A stretch of 60,487 bases of DNA, filler included. It is 6 parts of 6 records of this genome, joined end to end, with 100 filler letters (N's around TTAATTAATTAA, not from the genome) between each part and the next. Parts side by side here need not be neighbours in the genome. Positions count along the whole stretch, not along the records: positions 1 to 23,965 come from DRR723986_26517; 5 more parts are not named here. The stretch is one strand, 5' to 3'. Of the stretch, positions 1-9,741 are shown in pieces. The notes under the pieces are model-generated. The model saw only the letters and a program-made list of their open reading frames with translations, did no database searches and was not told the origin of the DNA. A program made the translations under genes and the position numbers. The first letter of the stretch is position 1. Every line of letters begins with the position of its first letter.

Positions 1-23
1 CTTTTACCAACTATTTTTGACCA

Positions 24-1427
24 TTAAATCATTTTTAAAGCTTGACTATTTCCACTAATCCCCGTCTTAGAGCCTAAAATTTGTCCAAGGTTGGTCCAGC
101 CATGTCTTACTTGGGAATTATCGAACGACCCCAGACCATTATTGATTCCTGGCCACCTGATGATGTTATTTATACTAAATTGAGTCTGTGAGAGCTCACC
201 TGAAATTCCGATATTATAACAGGAATGACCTTCAAAGTATTTTGAAAAGCCTAGGAGAAAACCTCTACTATGTTCTGGATTGATCACGAAATCTCGCCAA
301 TTGAGAGGGTGATCATTTCGTGTATATTCGAAGTAGAGTTCAGACTTTGCTGTGGGAATACTCCATCTACCAAAAACACTAACATTTTGATCTTGGCGTC
401 TATCTCTACTTTCAACTAGTCCCTCTTCTTGTTTCTGGAAGGGAGCAAATAATGGGAAGTAGGCATTGAAGGTATTATCCATATCCTCTCTGTATATCTG
501 AAAGCCTCTTGTTATTCCCAATGATAACCCAGGAGTCCACTTGGGTGCATATGATAGTGTTATTCCTGTAAAATACCTCCAATCATCCTCTTTAGTTCCA
601 TCTACAATTTCTGAATATGCTTCATCGCTGAAATAGGTATGATCTGAACCCTCCAGTTGACCAATCCAATAATTTCCTTCAAAAGACCCTAAAAATGTTT
701 TTAACGGACGATTGCTCTGCACTCTAAAGTGATAAAAACCAGGGGCATTATCACTTATCACCAAGGAATTAAACTGGCCTGGTCCTGACCAAAGATTCTC
801 CGAAGAAACTCCAAAGGATACACCATCGAAATTCATCATTATATGAGAATTTCCTAATGAAAACTCTGAAATGGCAGAAGTACCGAATCTCACTGGACTA
901 TCTATATAAAAAACACTTCGTCTTAAATATTCAAAATATTCAACAGGTGCATCCTCTGGATATTCCTCAAATGCTGCATTTTGGGCATAATGGTATTGAG
1001 GATAAAGTTGAATAGAAAGCTTTCCAAATTTCATGTTTACACCTGCACTGGTAAGCGTTTGTAATCCTTTTGCTGGAATTAGTACACCATTAGTCCAGCC
1101 TCCAGGTAAAGTTGAATTGTAAACTGTGGTGAGTTGTACCGGTAAAGCTGAAATTTTGAATTTTCCTGAGTTACTTTGAGGAAGATTAATTTTAGTCTTG
1201 TACCCCTCTATCGAATCAGTTAAAAATGGACTATTAAATTCTGGAAAGGCAAATTCGGCATTTATAGGTCTTACATTAAAACTGAATTCTTTATTTAAGT
1301 TTCCAACTACCTGTTCTCTTCTGAGATAATCATTTAAGATGAAGAAATTTGCTGGTATAATTTGGGAAATACCATTACTTATCGGAAATAGAAAAAGAAG
1401 AATTAGAAGGTTGACTTTTGATTTCAC
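24..1427 (-). CDS. Capsule assembly Wzi-family outer membrane protein (C-terminus possibly truncated)
   Basis: Signal peptide; SSENLWSGPGQFNSLVISDNAPGF motif typical of Wzi-family proteins; NPEHSRG motif; polysaccharide gene neighbourhood. Confidence 0.75.
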   Translation of the reverse strand: MKSKVNLLILLFLFPISNGISQIIPANFFILNDYLRREQVVGNLNKEFSFNVRPINAEFAFPEFNSPFLTDSIEGYKTKINLPQSNSGKFKISALPVQLTTVYNSTLPGGWTNGVLIPAKGLQTLTSAGVNMKFGKLSIQLYPQYHYAQNAAFEEYPEDAPVEYFEYLRRSVFYIDSPVRFGTSAISEFSLGNSHIMMNFDGVSFGVSSENLWSGPGQFNSLVISDNAPGFYHFRVQSNRPLKTFLGSFEGNYWIGQLEGSDHTYFSDEAYSEIVDGTKEDDWRYFTGITLSYAPKWTPGLSLGITRGFQIYREDMDNTFNAYFPLFAPFQKQEEGLVESRDRRQDQNVSVFGRWSIPTAKSELYFEYTRNDHPLNWRDFVINPEHSRGFLLGFSKYFEGHSCYNIGISGELSQTQFSINNIIRWPGINNGLGSFDNSQVRHGWTNLGQILGSKTGISGNSQALKMI

Positions 1428-1523
1428 TGATTGGTGTTTTTATTTAAATTTAATCTTGGATAAAAGTACTCAATTTGACTAAGATTATATGCGAGTGGAA
1501 TTAAAATGGAATGTAGATTTAAT

Positions 1524-1562
1524 AATAAAGGCTACCTCAAAGTAAATGAAGTAGCCTTTATT
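1524..1562 (-). terminator. Intrinsic terminator hairpin downstream of the sugar transferase
   Basis: AATAAAGGCTAC...GTAGCCTTTATT inverted repeat. Confidence 0.6.
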
Positions 1563-1580
1563 GGTATTGGTTCATACAAA

Positions 1581-2282
1581 TTAAAAAGCATTTTCGTGAC
1601 CAGTAATCAATGATTTGGCTGTCCACCATATGATTTTCAAATCTAGTAAAGGGCTCCATGTCTTAATATAATGCATATCCAATTTATATCTGAAATAGAT
1701 GGAATTTGACTCATTTGTTTCTCCTCTATATCCTCTTGCTTGTGCCAAACCGGTAATTCCAGGCTTTACTAAATGTCTATTTTTATAACCCGAAATTTCC
1801 AACTCATGTGCGTTATTTTGCACCAATATGTGGGGTCTTGGGCCAACAAAGGACATATTGCCATAGATCACATTTAATACTTGTGGCAATTCATCTATAC
1901 TTGACTTTCTGAGGAACTTACCTACTCTAGTTATTCTAGGATCATTTTTAGTTGCCATCTTCAAATCAGCATCCTTATTTACAACCATAGATCTAAATTT
2001 ATAACATCTGAATCTTGAATTGTAAATCCCTTCTCTTTCCTGTTTAAAAAAAACAGGGCCTGGTGAGTCGATTTTAATCAAAATGGCTACAATTGGGAAA
2101 AGCCACCATCCAATAAAAACCATAAATCCAAATGCGCAACAGAGATCGATGAATCTCTTTATTGTTAGGTTAATCCAATTCATTTTATCGGAAAAAATAA
2201 CCTCATTATTCTCTGCATAAAGATCTTGTGAATTTACATACAGATCAAAATTCCCAATCCTTTTTCTAAAATATTCTGTCAT
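1581..2282 (-). CDS. Bacterial sugar transferase (WcaJ/WbaP C-terminal type phosphoglycosyl transferase)
   Basis: KRFID...SPGPVFFKQER, YKFRSM, SIDELPQ, GNMSFVGPRP, KPGITGLAQ motifs. Confidence 0.92.
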   Translation of the reverse strand: MTEYFRKRIGNFDLYVNSQDLYAENNEVIFSDKMNWINLTIKRFIDLCCAFGFMVFIGWWLFPIVAILIKIDSPGPVFFKQEREGIYNSRFRCYKFRSMVVNKDADLKMATKNDPRITRVGKFLRKSSIDELPQVLNVIYGNMSFVGPRPHILVQNNAHELEISGYKNRHLVKPGITGLAQARGYRGETNESNSIYFRYKLDMHYIKTWSPLLDLKIIWWTAKSLITGHENAF

Positions 2283-2513
2283 TTGTAGTTGGTGTTTCCT
2301 AAAAAATTACTTCTAAATACTACTTTGGGTTAATCAAAGGTCAGCTTTATTCTATTTATTTCAAAAAAAATGCATATTTTTTTGTAAATACATAAAATTG
2401 TACTTTATCCTTTATAAATAGGGGGAAGTTAATTTTTTAGTGGTTTTTCGAAAAATAGGGGCATTAATCTTGCCATTTTTGAATACACCCACCCAAAGTT
2501 GTAGCATTATTAG

Positions 2514-2880
2514 TTAAAGTTACGTGTAGTACCTGAACTCTACAACTACAAACCATACATTTCCTTTGTTTTAGCTTTTTTATCTTCACTTGTAATTGGA
2601 ATTCTATTTTTTCCGGTTCTGATAAAAATCTTTGAGAGATACCAAATATCTGATACTCCTGAGGGAAGGAAGATTCACAGAGCCAAAATCCCTTCAATGG
2701 GAGGAATTGGTTTTTTTATCGCTGTTACCATATCCCTTAAATGTGTATTACAGATCTTGGTTTATGTTGTTTGAAATCTTTTTTTAGTCTTTCGTGATAT
2801 TTTTTTGATAGGTTGATTGTAGACAAACAATAAAGAATTAGCCTTGTTTAAAACTGCTTACGAAGCAATTCTTTTGCATA
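2514..2880 (+). pseudogene. Decayed WecA/MraY-like (glycosyltransferase family 4) gene remnant
   Basis: Open frame 2514-2774 reads ...FFPVLIKIFERYQISDTPEGRKIHRAKIPSMGGIGFFIAV..., the DxPxxRKxHxxxxPxxGG signature. Stop at 2772; degraded IFLIG/KLL-like fragments follow. Confidence 0.7.
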
Positions 2881-3116
2881 ATGTATTATTTGTTTAAATA
2901 GTCCATTAGTCGTATCTATTTAGTGCATAGTGTTTTAGGTGAGTGTTCACCTGAGCTCATCCTGTTGATTTACATACAAAATTTACCCGAGTTCTCTTAA
3001 AACTCACTTTCAATTAACAATTTAATGCCTTGCTTAGGTAGTCGTCAGTGCTTTATTTGAGTTGTGCTGGGTTGAATATTGTTAGTATATTTTGAGCTTC
3101 TTAGATAAAATTTTGA

Positions 3117-4256
3117 ATGAATTCTCAAATTCCTTTATCCTTTCCGGTTTTTAATGGCAATGAAAATCAGTATACGCAACAGGCAATAAGCTCTGGGCAT
3201 ATTGCTACGAATGGTAGTTTTATAAGCAGATTTGAGGAGAAATTGTCTGCTAGATTGAAAACACATGAATGTGTTGCCTTGAATTCTGGCACCTCAGCTC
3301 TACACTTAGGAATGGTGCTTTTAGGTATTGGTCCAGGTGATGAGGTGATTTGTCAGTCCTTTACTTTTTGTGCTTCGGCTAACCCAATCGTCTATTTGGG
3401 CGCTACGCCTATTTTTGTAGACAGTGAAAAGGATACCTGGAATATTTGTCCTGAATTACTTGAGGATGCGATTCTAAGTAGGTTGGCAAAGGGTAAAAAA
3501 CCTAAGGCAATTGTGGTGGTTCATTTGTTCGGCATGCCTGCCATGATGAATGAGATTTTAGAGGTTGCGGAGAAGTATGGAATCCCTGTTTTGGAGGATG
3601 CAGCTGAGGCTATCGGAAGTGAATTTGAAGGCAGACCCTGTGGCACCTTAGGGCAGATAGGAGTATTTTCCTTCAATGGAAACAAAATAATGACTTCAGG
3701 AGGAGGAGGAGCTTTGATTAGTACTGACTCAGCCATAATTCAGCGAGCCAAATTACTTTCGACTCAAGCCAGGGAAGATTTTCCTTTTTACCATCACTTG
3801 GAAATTGGCTATAATTACAAGATGAATAATATTTCTGCTGCAATTGGTTTAGCCCAGTTGGAACAGTTGGATAGGTTTATCAAAAATAGAAGAGCTGTAA
3901 ATCAGAGGTATAGGGAGTTGCTGGAGGATTTTCCAGGAATAGAATTTCAATCAGAGGGAAAACAATCCTACTCAAATTATTGGCTCACTAGTATTTTCAT
4001 TGATCAGGAAATAACTGGATTTTCGAATGATCAATTAAAACTTGCGTTATCAAAACAAGGAATTGAAAGCAGGTATCTCTGGAAGCCTCTCCATACCCAG
4101 CCTGTTTTCAATTTAACACCTTTCTATGGAGGAGGTATTTCCGAAGGGTTATTTGAAACTGGCCTTTGCCTTCCCAGTTCTGCAGATTTAACTTTGGAAG
4201 ATCAAGAAAAGGTTGTGAATGTGTTACAGGAAGAATTAAGTAAAACTCATAAGTAG
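3117..4256 (+). CDS. DegT/DnrJ/EryC1/StrS PLP-dependent sugar aminotransferase (PglE/EpsN-like)
   Basis: NSGTSALHL, EDAAEAIG, SFNGNKIMTSGGGG (PLP lysine), GYNYKM. Confidence 0.93.
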   Translation: MNSQIPLSFPVFNGNENQYTQQAISSGHIATNGSFISRFEEKLSARLKTHECVALNSGTSALHLGMVLLGIGPGDEVICQSFTFCASANPIVYLGATPIFVDSEKDTWNICPELLEDAILSRLAKGKKPKAIVVVHLFGMPAMMNEILEVAEKYGIPVLEDAAEAIGSEFEGRPCGTLGQIGVFSFNGNKIMTSGGGGALISTDSAIIQRAKLLSTQAREDFPFYHHLEIGYNYKMNNISAAIGLAQLEQLDRFIKNRRAVNQRYRELLEDFPGIEFQSEGKQSYSNYWLTSIFIDQEITGFSNDQLKLALSKQGIESRYLWKPLHTQPVFNLTPFYGGGISEGLFETGLCLPSSADLTLEDQEKVVNVLQEELSKTHK

Positions 4257-4883
4257 GTGGTATATCGGAATTTGTTTAAAAGGGTAATTGACTTCATTCT
4301 AGCATTTTTGATGTTCATTATTCTATTTCCAATTTTCTTGGTTCTTTTTGTCGCCCTAAGTATTCATCATGGAGGTTCACCATTCTTTTCCCAAGCCCGT
4401 CCGGGTCTAGGGAATAAAACTTTCCAAATACTGAAATTTAAAACAATGAAAGAGCTGGTTGACGATAGGGGCAACCTCTTGTCTGATGCTGATCGAATCA
4501 CCAAATTCGGAAAATTGGTCAGGAATAGTTCCCTTGACGAGATTCCCCAGTTAATTAATGTACTTAGGGGGGAGATGAGTTTAGTTGGACCGCGCCCATT
4601 ATTAGATGAGTATGTTCATTTATATTCAAATGAACAAGCTAGACGTCATGAAGTAAAACCAGGAGTGACTGGTTGGGCACAGGTAAACGGGAGAAATGCT
4701 ATTTCTTGGGATTTAAAGTTCAAGTATGATGTTTGGTATGTAGATAATTTGAGTTTTTTGCTCGACCTAAGAATACTGTTTCAAACGCTTTTTAATGTGA
4801 TGCTGGGAAAAGGAATTACTCAAAAGGGGCATGTCAGCATGGAAAGATTCAATGGTAGTCCAAGTGCTGGGTTGAGAAAATAA
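4257..4883 (+). CDS. PglC/EpsL-like monotopic phosphoglycosyl transferase
   Basis: KFKTM, SLDEIPQL, GEMSLVGPRPLL, QVNGRNAISW; abuts the upstream stop codon. Confidence 0.92.
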   Translation: MVYRNLFKRVIDFILAFLMFIILFPIFLVLFVALSIHHGGSPFFSQARPGLGNKTFQILKFKTMKELVDDRGNLLSDADRITKFGKLVRNSSLDEIPQLINVLRGEMSLVGPRPLLDEYVHLYSNEQARRHEVKPGVTGWAQVNGRNAISWDLKFKYDVWYVDNLSFLLDLRILFQTLFNVMLGKGITQKGHVSMERFNGSPSAGLRK

Positions 4884-5226
4884 GCAGCTTTTAAGCTTTT
4901 TGTAGATTCATTTAGCTATTTACCTGTAAATGTATGGGTTCACTCTGATTTCGGGGTCAGTACTGTTAATCTATATATCTAGCTGTTGTAATAGCTATTG
5001 TTGGGGAAATAATAAATAAATTACTACTGTATTAAACTTGCTGCTCTCCAAGGTGTCTTCAAAATTGTATTTTTATTAATAAAATACATATATTGGTATT
5101 TGAATTGCGTAAATTAGTATTTAATCACCCTCTTGCTTGTTTCTGATTTGCTGTCGGAAATAAGGATTTATAAAAACAATTCTGTTAGTTTAATAAATTC
5201 TATCTCGATTTGGATATATTTCTACC

Positions 5227-7137
5227 ATGAGTTTAATCGCCAGACTTACGATCCTTCCTCGATGGGTCATTGCTGTAATTGACGCATTAATTTTATTCTC
5301 ATCAGCCTTTTGTGCTTTTTTAGTTCGATTTAACTTTAATTGGCAAGAGATAGTCGAAAACCAATTTTTGACTGGCTGTGCAGTGTTTATGATTGTTTCA
5401 GTTTTGGTTCTTCGATTGACAAATAGCCAAGAAGGAATAGTAAGGCACACAGGATTTAAAGATGGTGTTAACTTATTTAAGTCCTTATTTATAAATTTTT
5501 GTATCCTTTTTATTCCTATTATTTTTTCAGATTCCTTCATTAGCCAGGGATATTTACTTCCTTCTTCAGTACTGATAATTGCAAGTGTTTTCTCATTAGT
5601 TCTTCTGATTTTTTATCGATTAATGGTGAAAGAACTATTTGTTTATTTCAAAAATGAAGGTTCAATGAAGCCTTCGAAAAACGGGGTGATCTTTGGAGCA
5701 GGAGAAGCTGGAATCATTGCCAAAGAAGCTATAATGCGAGATAGTAAGAGTCTTTTTAATACAATTGCTTTTTTGGATGATGATCCCAAGAAGGAGGGAA
5801 AGCATATTCTTGGAAAGAGGATTTATAAGGGCTTGGATAATCTGGAGGACCTGGCCATCCAGTTTGGGATCACTGAATTGATTATTGCAATTAGAGACTT
5901 ATCGGTTGCTCGAAAAAACGAGATAATTGATGAGTGCCTTCGTTTGAAAATCTCTGTATCTATAGTGCCTCCAGTAGACCAATGGATTAATGGGGGACTG
6001 ACGGCAGGGGCAATTAGAGAAGTGAAAATTGAGGACTTGTTGAGCAGGGAGCAAATTGTCCTTGACAACCCTAAGATACATCAAGATTTACAAGGAAAAG
6101 TTATAATGGTTACTGGGGCTGCAGGCTCAATCGGATCAGAGTTGTGCCGGCAAATTAGTCATTACGAGCCTAAACTGCTTATTTTATTTGATATTGCTGA
6201 GTCTGCATTATACGATGTAGAACAAGAGTTTAAAGAAAACTACTCTTATTGCCCAATTAAGATTGTTCTGGGGGATATTCGAAATAAGAAAAAATTAAAT
6301 GAAATTTTTCAGCTTTTTAAGCCTCAGGTAGTATTTCATGCGGCTGCTTATAAGCATGTGCCAATGATGGAAAATTACCCAGATGAGGCTATAAACTCGA
6401 ATATTTTAGGGACAAAAATTCTTGCTGATATATCAGTGTTGGCGAAGGTGGACAAGTTTGTTTTTGTATCCACAGACAAAGCCGTAAACCCTACTAATGT
6501 AATGGGAGCTAGTAAAAGGGCCGCTGAAATGTACGTTCAAGCTTTAAATGAATTTTTAGTTAGAAATCATAAAAAGAGCCATACTAAATTCATAACTACC
6601 CGTTTTGGAAATGTATTGGGATCCAGTGGCTCTGTAATACCTTTATTTAAAAAGCAAATAATGAATGGAGGTCCCATTACGGTGACTCATCCTGATATTA
6701 CCCGCTATTTCATGACTATTCCAGAAGCTTGTCAGTTGGTACTGGAAGCAGGGATTATGGGTGAGGGTGGAGAGATTTATGTTTTTGATATGGGAGAACC
6801 CATCAAAATTCTTGATCTAGCCAAAAAGATGATTCAGCTGTCTGGTAAAAAAATAGATGAAGATATTAAGGTGTTTTTCTCCGGCTTGAGAGAAGGGGAG
6901 AAGCTATACGAAGAATTGCTCAATGATTTTGAAACAGTCAAAATCACCCACCACCCAAAAATTAAAATCGCCCAGGTCCTTCCATCATCTTATCACAAAA
7001 TTGACGGTCAAATAGAGCTATTTATGGAATTGGTTTCCAAAAAATCAGAGAATGAATTGGTGTCGCACTTGAAAGTGATTGTTCCTGAATTTATCTCCAA
7101 CTCATCGAGATTTGAGGTGCTGGATAGATTAAATTAA
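5227..7137 (+). CDS. Membrane-bound UDP-GlcNAc 4,6-dehydratase (CapD/PglF/WbpM family)
   Basis: N-terminal TM helices, GAGEAG, VTGAAGSIGSEL, FHAAAYKHVP, STDKAVNPTNVMGASKR, RFGNVLGS. Confidence 0.93.
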   Translation: MSLIARLTILPRWVIAVIDALILFSSAFCAFLVRFNFNWQEIVENQFLTGCAVFMIVSVLVLRLTNSQEGIVRHTGFKDGVNLFKSLFINFCILFIPIIFSDSFISQGYLLPSSVLIIASVFSLVLLIFYRLMVKELFVYFKNEGSMKPSKNGVIFGAGEAGIIAKEAIMRDSKSLFNTIAFLDDDPKKEGKHILGKRIYKGLDNLEDLAIQFGITELIIAIRDLSVARKNEIIDECLRLKISVSIVPPVDQWINGGLTAGAIREVKIEDLLSREQIVLDNPKIHQDLQGKVIMVTGAAGSIGSELCRQISHYEPKLLILFDIAESALYDVEQEFKENYSYCPIKIVLGDIRNKKKLNEIFQLFKPQVVFHAAAYKHVPMMENYPDEAINSNILGTKILADISVLAKVDKFVFVSTDKAVNPTNVMGASKRAAEMYVQALNEFLVRNHKKSHTKFITTRFGNVLGSSGSVIPLFKKQIMNGGPITVTHPDITRYFMTIPEACQLVLEAGIMGEGGEIYVFDMGEPIKILDLAKKMIQLSGKKIDEDIKVFFSGLREGEKLYEELLNDFETVKITHHPKIKIAQVLPSSYHKIDGQIELFMELVSKKSENELVSHLKVIVPEFISNSSRFEVLDRLN

Positions 7138-7317
7138 GTAGGCAAACCCCTACATACTTACTATTTCCCCGCTAGATACTCCCTAGATACCCCGTACATA
7201 CCCGCATGATAAAGGCATGATACTTTGGGTTACCTTTATTTACGCTTTTACAGTAGACTATCCAATGCTCCTGTGATCCCATCCGCCTTTCCTCGAGTAA
7301 TCTCCCGCCTATTTTCG

Positions 7318-7526
7318 TGTCATCACGAACATTTTTTTTCGTTCTAAGATTTAATAATTTGTACATCTACTTCTCCTTCCTATTTCCTCTGAGACTGCGA
7401 CTGTCCACTGAAAACACCGTCTATGTTCTTGTCATCACGAACGTATTTTTCCGCTCATCAGAATTTTTTACTACGAGCTACTTCTCCTTCCTATTTCCAC
7501 TGAGACTGCGACTGTCCGCTGAAAAC
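7318..7526. repeat. Imperfect tandem duplication, about 112-bp unit x2
   Basis: TGTCATCACGAAC at 7318 and 7430; CTACTTCTCCTTCCTATTTCC and CTGAGACTGCGACTGTCC-CTGAAAAC in both units. Confidence 0.85.
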
Positions 7527-7549
7527 TTCCTTCTCACTTAAGAAAACAC

Positions 7550-7557
7550 TACATTTG
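7550..7557 (+). promoter_or_regulatory. Bacteroidota sigma-A -7 element (TAnnTTTG)
   Basis: TACATTTG about 30 nt upstream of the ATG at 7589. Confidence 0.6.
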
Positions 7558-7588
7558 CAGACCCATTTAAGGATAAATACCTTACGTT

Positions 7589-9166
7589 ATGAAGCAAGAA
7601 TTCACTTTACAATTGAGTCCGGAAGAGGCATATGATCCAGTCGTATTTCAGGAAGTTGTTCGCAAAAAGGCCGGGCTGCCCGCAAACTCAAACGAAGCAA
7701 TCGCACGACAGGTCAAACGCTCGATTGATGCTAGGGGAAGAAATGTCAAAGTAAATATTCAGGCTGAACTTTTTATTAAAGAAACGCCTCCTGCACTGCT
7801 AGACCATCAGCCAGAATATAAAAATGTTAGTAGCGAAGATCCAATAATTATTGTGGGAGCTGGACCTGCAGGTCTTTTTGCAGCCTTGAGAGCGATTGAA
7901 CTTGGAGTAAAGCCTATACTAATCGAGAGAGGCAAAGATGTGAGGGCGAGACGTCGTGATCTTGCAGCGATCAACAAAGAACATATCGTAAATCCTGATT
8001 CAAATTATTGCTTTGGTGAAGGTGGAGCTGGCACTTATTCGGATGGGAAGCTTTATACTCGTTCCAAAAAGCGTGGTGACATTCGTAGAATCATGGAGAT
8101 TCTGGTGGCACATGGGGCTACGGAAGAAATACTAGTTGATGCTCATCCTCATATCGGCACTAATAAGCTTCCAAAACTTGTAGAAGATCTTCGTGAAAGT
8201 ATTCTTCAGTTCGGTGGAGAAGTTTTATTCGAAACCCGGGTTGAAGATTTTATTTTGGATGGAAATGAGATGAAAGGAGTAGTCACTCAAAATGGCGAAA
8301 AACTCACAGGTAGAGGTGTGATACTTGCCACAGGCCACTCGGCAAGAGATATTTTCCATCTGCTTCACAACAAGAAAATTACCGTAGAAGCAAAGCCCTT
8401 TGCGCTAGGCGTTCGAATAGAGCATAGCCAAAATCTCATAGATAGCATTCAATACAATTGTGGTTTGGACCGTGGACCATACCTTCCAGCTTCTGCCTAT
8501 TCTCTGGTTCATCAGACTGAGTTTAAGAAAAAGCAGCGGGGAGTGTTTAGCTTTTGCATGTGTCCAGGTGGATTTATTGTTCCTGCTGCGACTGCGCCTG
8601 GTGAATTGGTTGTAAATGGTATGAGCCCAAGTCGACGGGACGGCAAGTTTGCTAATTCTGGAATAGTAGCTTCCGTTGAATTGGAAGACCTGCCAGAATA
8701 TCAAAAGTTTGGACCTTTGGCAGCCATGGAATTCCAGGCGGATGTTGAGAAAAAGGCTTGGGTGGCAGGAGGTAAAACTCAGGTAGCACCAGCTCAACGA
8801 ATGATTGATTTTGTCAACAAAAAAGTGAGCTCTAGTTTGCTTGACACTTCCTATCAGCCAGGACTTAATTCAGTAGAAATGAGAGAAGTATTGCCTGACT
8901 TTATTTCTGAGCGTTTGGCTATGGCATTCAAGGCCTTTGGGCAAAAAATGAAAGGTTACTACACCAACGATTCCCAATTGATAGGTTTGGAAAGTAGAAC
9001 CTCTTCGCCAGTGAGAATTCCCCGAGATCGTGAATCCTTTGAGCATATTCAGATCAAGCGATTGTACCCATGCGGCGAAGGAGCTGGTTACGCAGGTGGC
9101 ATTGTTTCGGCCGCTATGGACGGGGAAAGATGTGCAGAGAGATTAATAGCAGCGTATGTGAAGTAA
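7589..9166 (+). CDS. Uncharacterised FAD/NAD(P)-dependent oxidoreductase
   Basis: GAGPAG dinucleotide-binding motif, FGEGGAGTYSDGKL, ATGHSARD, FCMCPGG, GEGAGYAGGI. Confidence 0.85.
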   Translation: MKQEFTLQLSPEEAYDPVVFQEVVRKKAGLPANSNEAIARQVKRSIDARGRNVKVNIQAELFIKETPPALLDHQPEYKNVSSEDPIIIVGAGPAGLFAALRAIELGVKPILIERGKDVRARRRDLAAINKEHIVNPDSNYCFGEGGAGTYSDGKLYTRSKKRGDIRRIMEILVAHGATEEILVDAHPHIGTNKLPKLVEDLRESILQFGGEVLFETRVEDFILDGNEMKGVVTQNGEKLTGRGVILATGHSARDIFHLLHNKKITVEAKPFALGVRIEHSQNLIDSIQYNCGLDRGPYLPASAYSLVHQTEFKKKQRGVFSFCMCPGGFIVPAATAPGELVVNGMSPSRRDGKFANSGIVASVELEDLPEYQKFGPLAAMEFQADVEKKAWVAGGKTQVAPAQRMIDFVNKKVSSSLLDTSYQPGLNSVEMREVLPDFISERLAMAFKAFGQKMKGYYTNDSQLIGLESRTSSPVRIPRDRESFEHIQIKRLYPCGEGAGYAGGIVSAAMDGERCAERLIAAYVK

Positions 9167-9620
9167 GCTAAATGCGCAATTACTAGGCCTGAATGGCCTC
9201 AATACCCCAGCGATGGGTGCAGCCCATCGCAAAATGATAATAGTTGATAATCTCCTAGCTAGCCCTGAAAGGGATAGATCAATTTTCTAATGAATTTTGA
9301 GGTCTTGCATCATGGTGAAAGGGAAGCATATTTTTTAGGTCAAGTTTTAGGGCCAAGAGGGAGAAACCTCCATTTCCGCAAGGTATTACAAAAGTGATTT
9401 CTCAATCGGCTTATTGTTTTGAATACGGGATCAGCTTTCGTTGCCTTCTTCGAAATGACCGTCAACTGCAAATCCTACCAAAGCGATTGATAGCAGCGTA
9501 TGTGAAGTAAGCTAAATGTGCAATTGCTTGGCCTGAAAGGCCTCCATACCCCAGCGATGGGTACAGCCCATCGCAAATTAATAGGGGTTGATAATCTCCT
9601 AGCCCTGAAAGGGATAGATC
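9141..9620. repeat. About 140-bp direct repeat (9141-9280 and 9485-9620) comprising the gene 3' end plus REP-like palindromes
   Basis: ATAGCAGCGTATGTGAAGTAAGCTAAATG...GCGATGGGT-CAGCCCATCGC...AGCCCTGAAAGGGATAGATC present twice. Confidence 0.9.
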
Positions 9621-9632
9621 TTTTAAACTATA

Positions 9633-9675
9633 AAACAGAAAGAGGTAGCATACCACATGCTACCTCCTTCTGTTT
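9633..9675. terminator. Probable bidirectional terminator between convergent genes
   Basis: AAACAGAAAGAGGTAGCAT...ATGCTACCTCCTTCTGTTT hairpin. Confidence 0.7.
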
Positions 9676-9741
9676 AATTCTAAATGTCAAATGATGAATT
9701 ACGAATTTTGAAATTTTTAAATCTCAAATCTCAAATTCCCT

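Noticed and set aside
7318-9620. Repeats as a CRISPR array
   Set aside because: Only two long, diverged copies each; no repeat-spacer periodicity and no cas genes. No CRISPR array was seen anywhere in the window.
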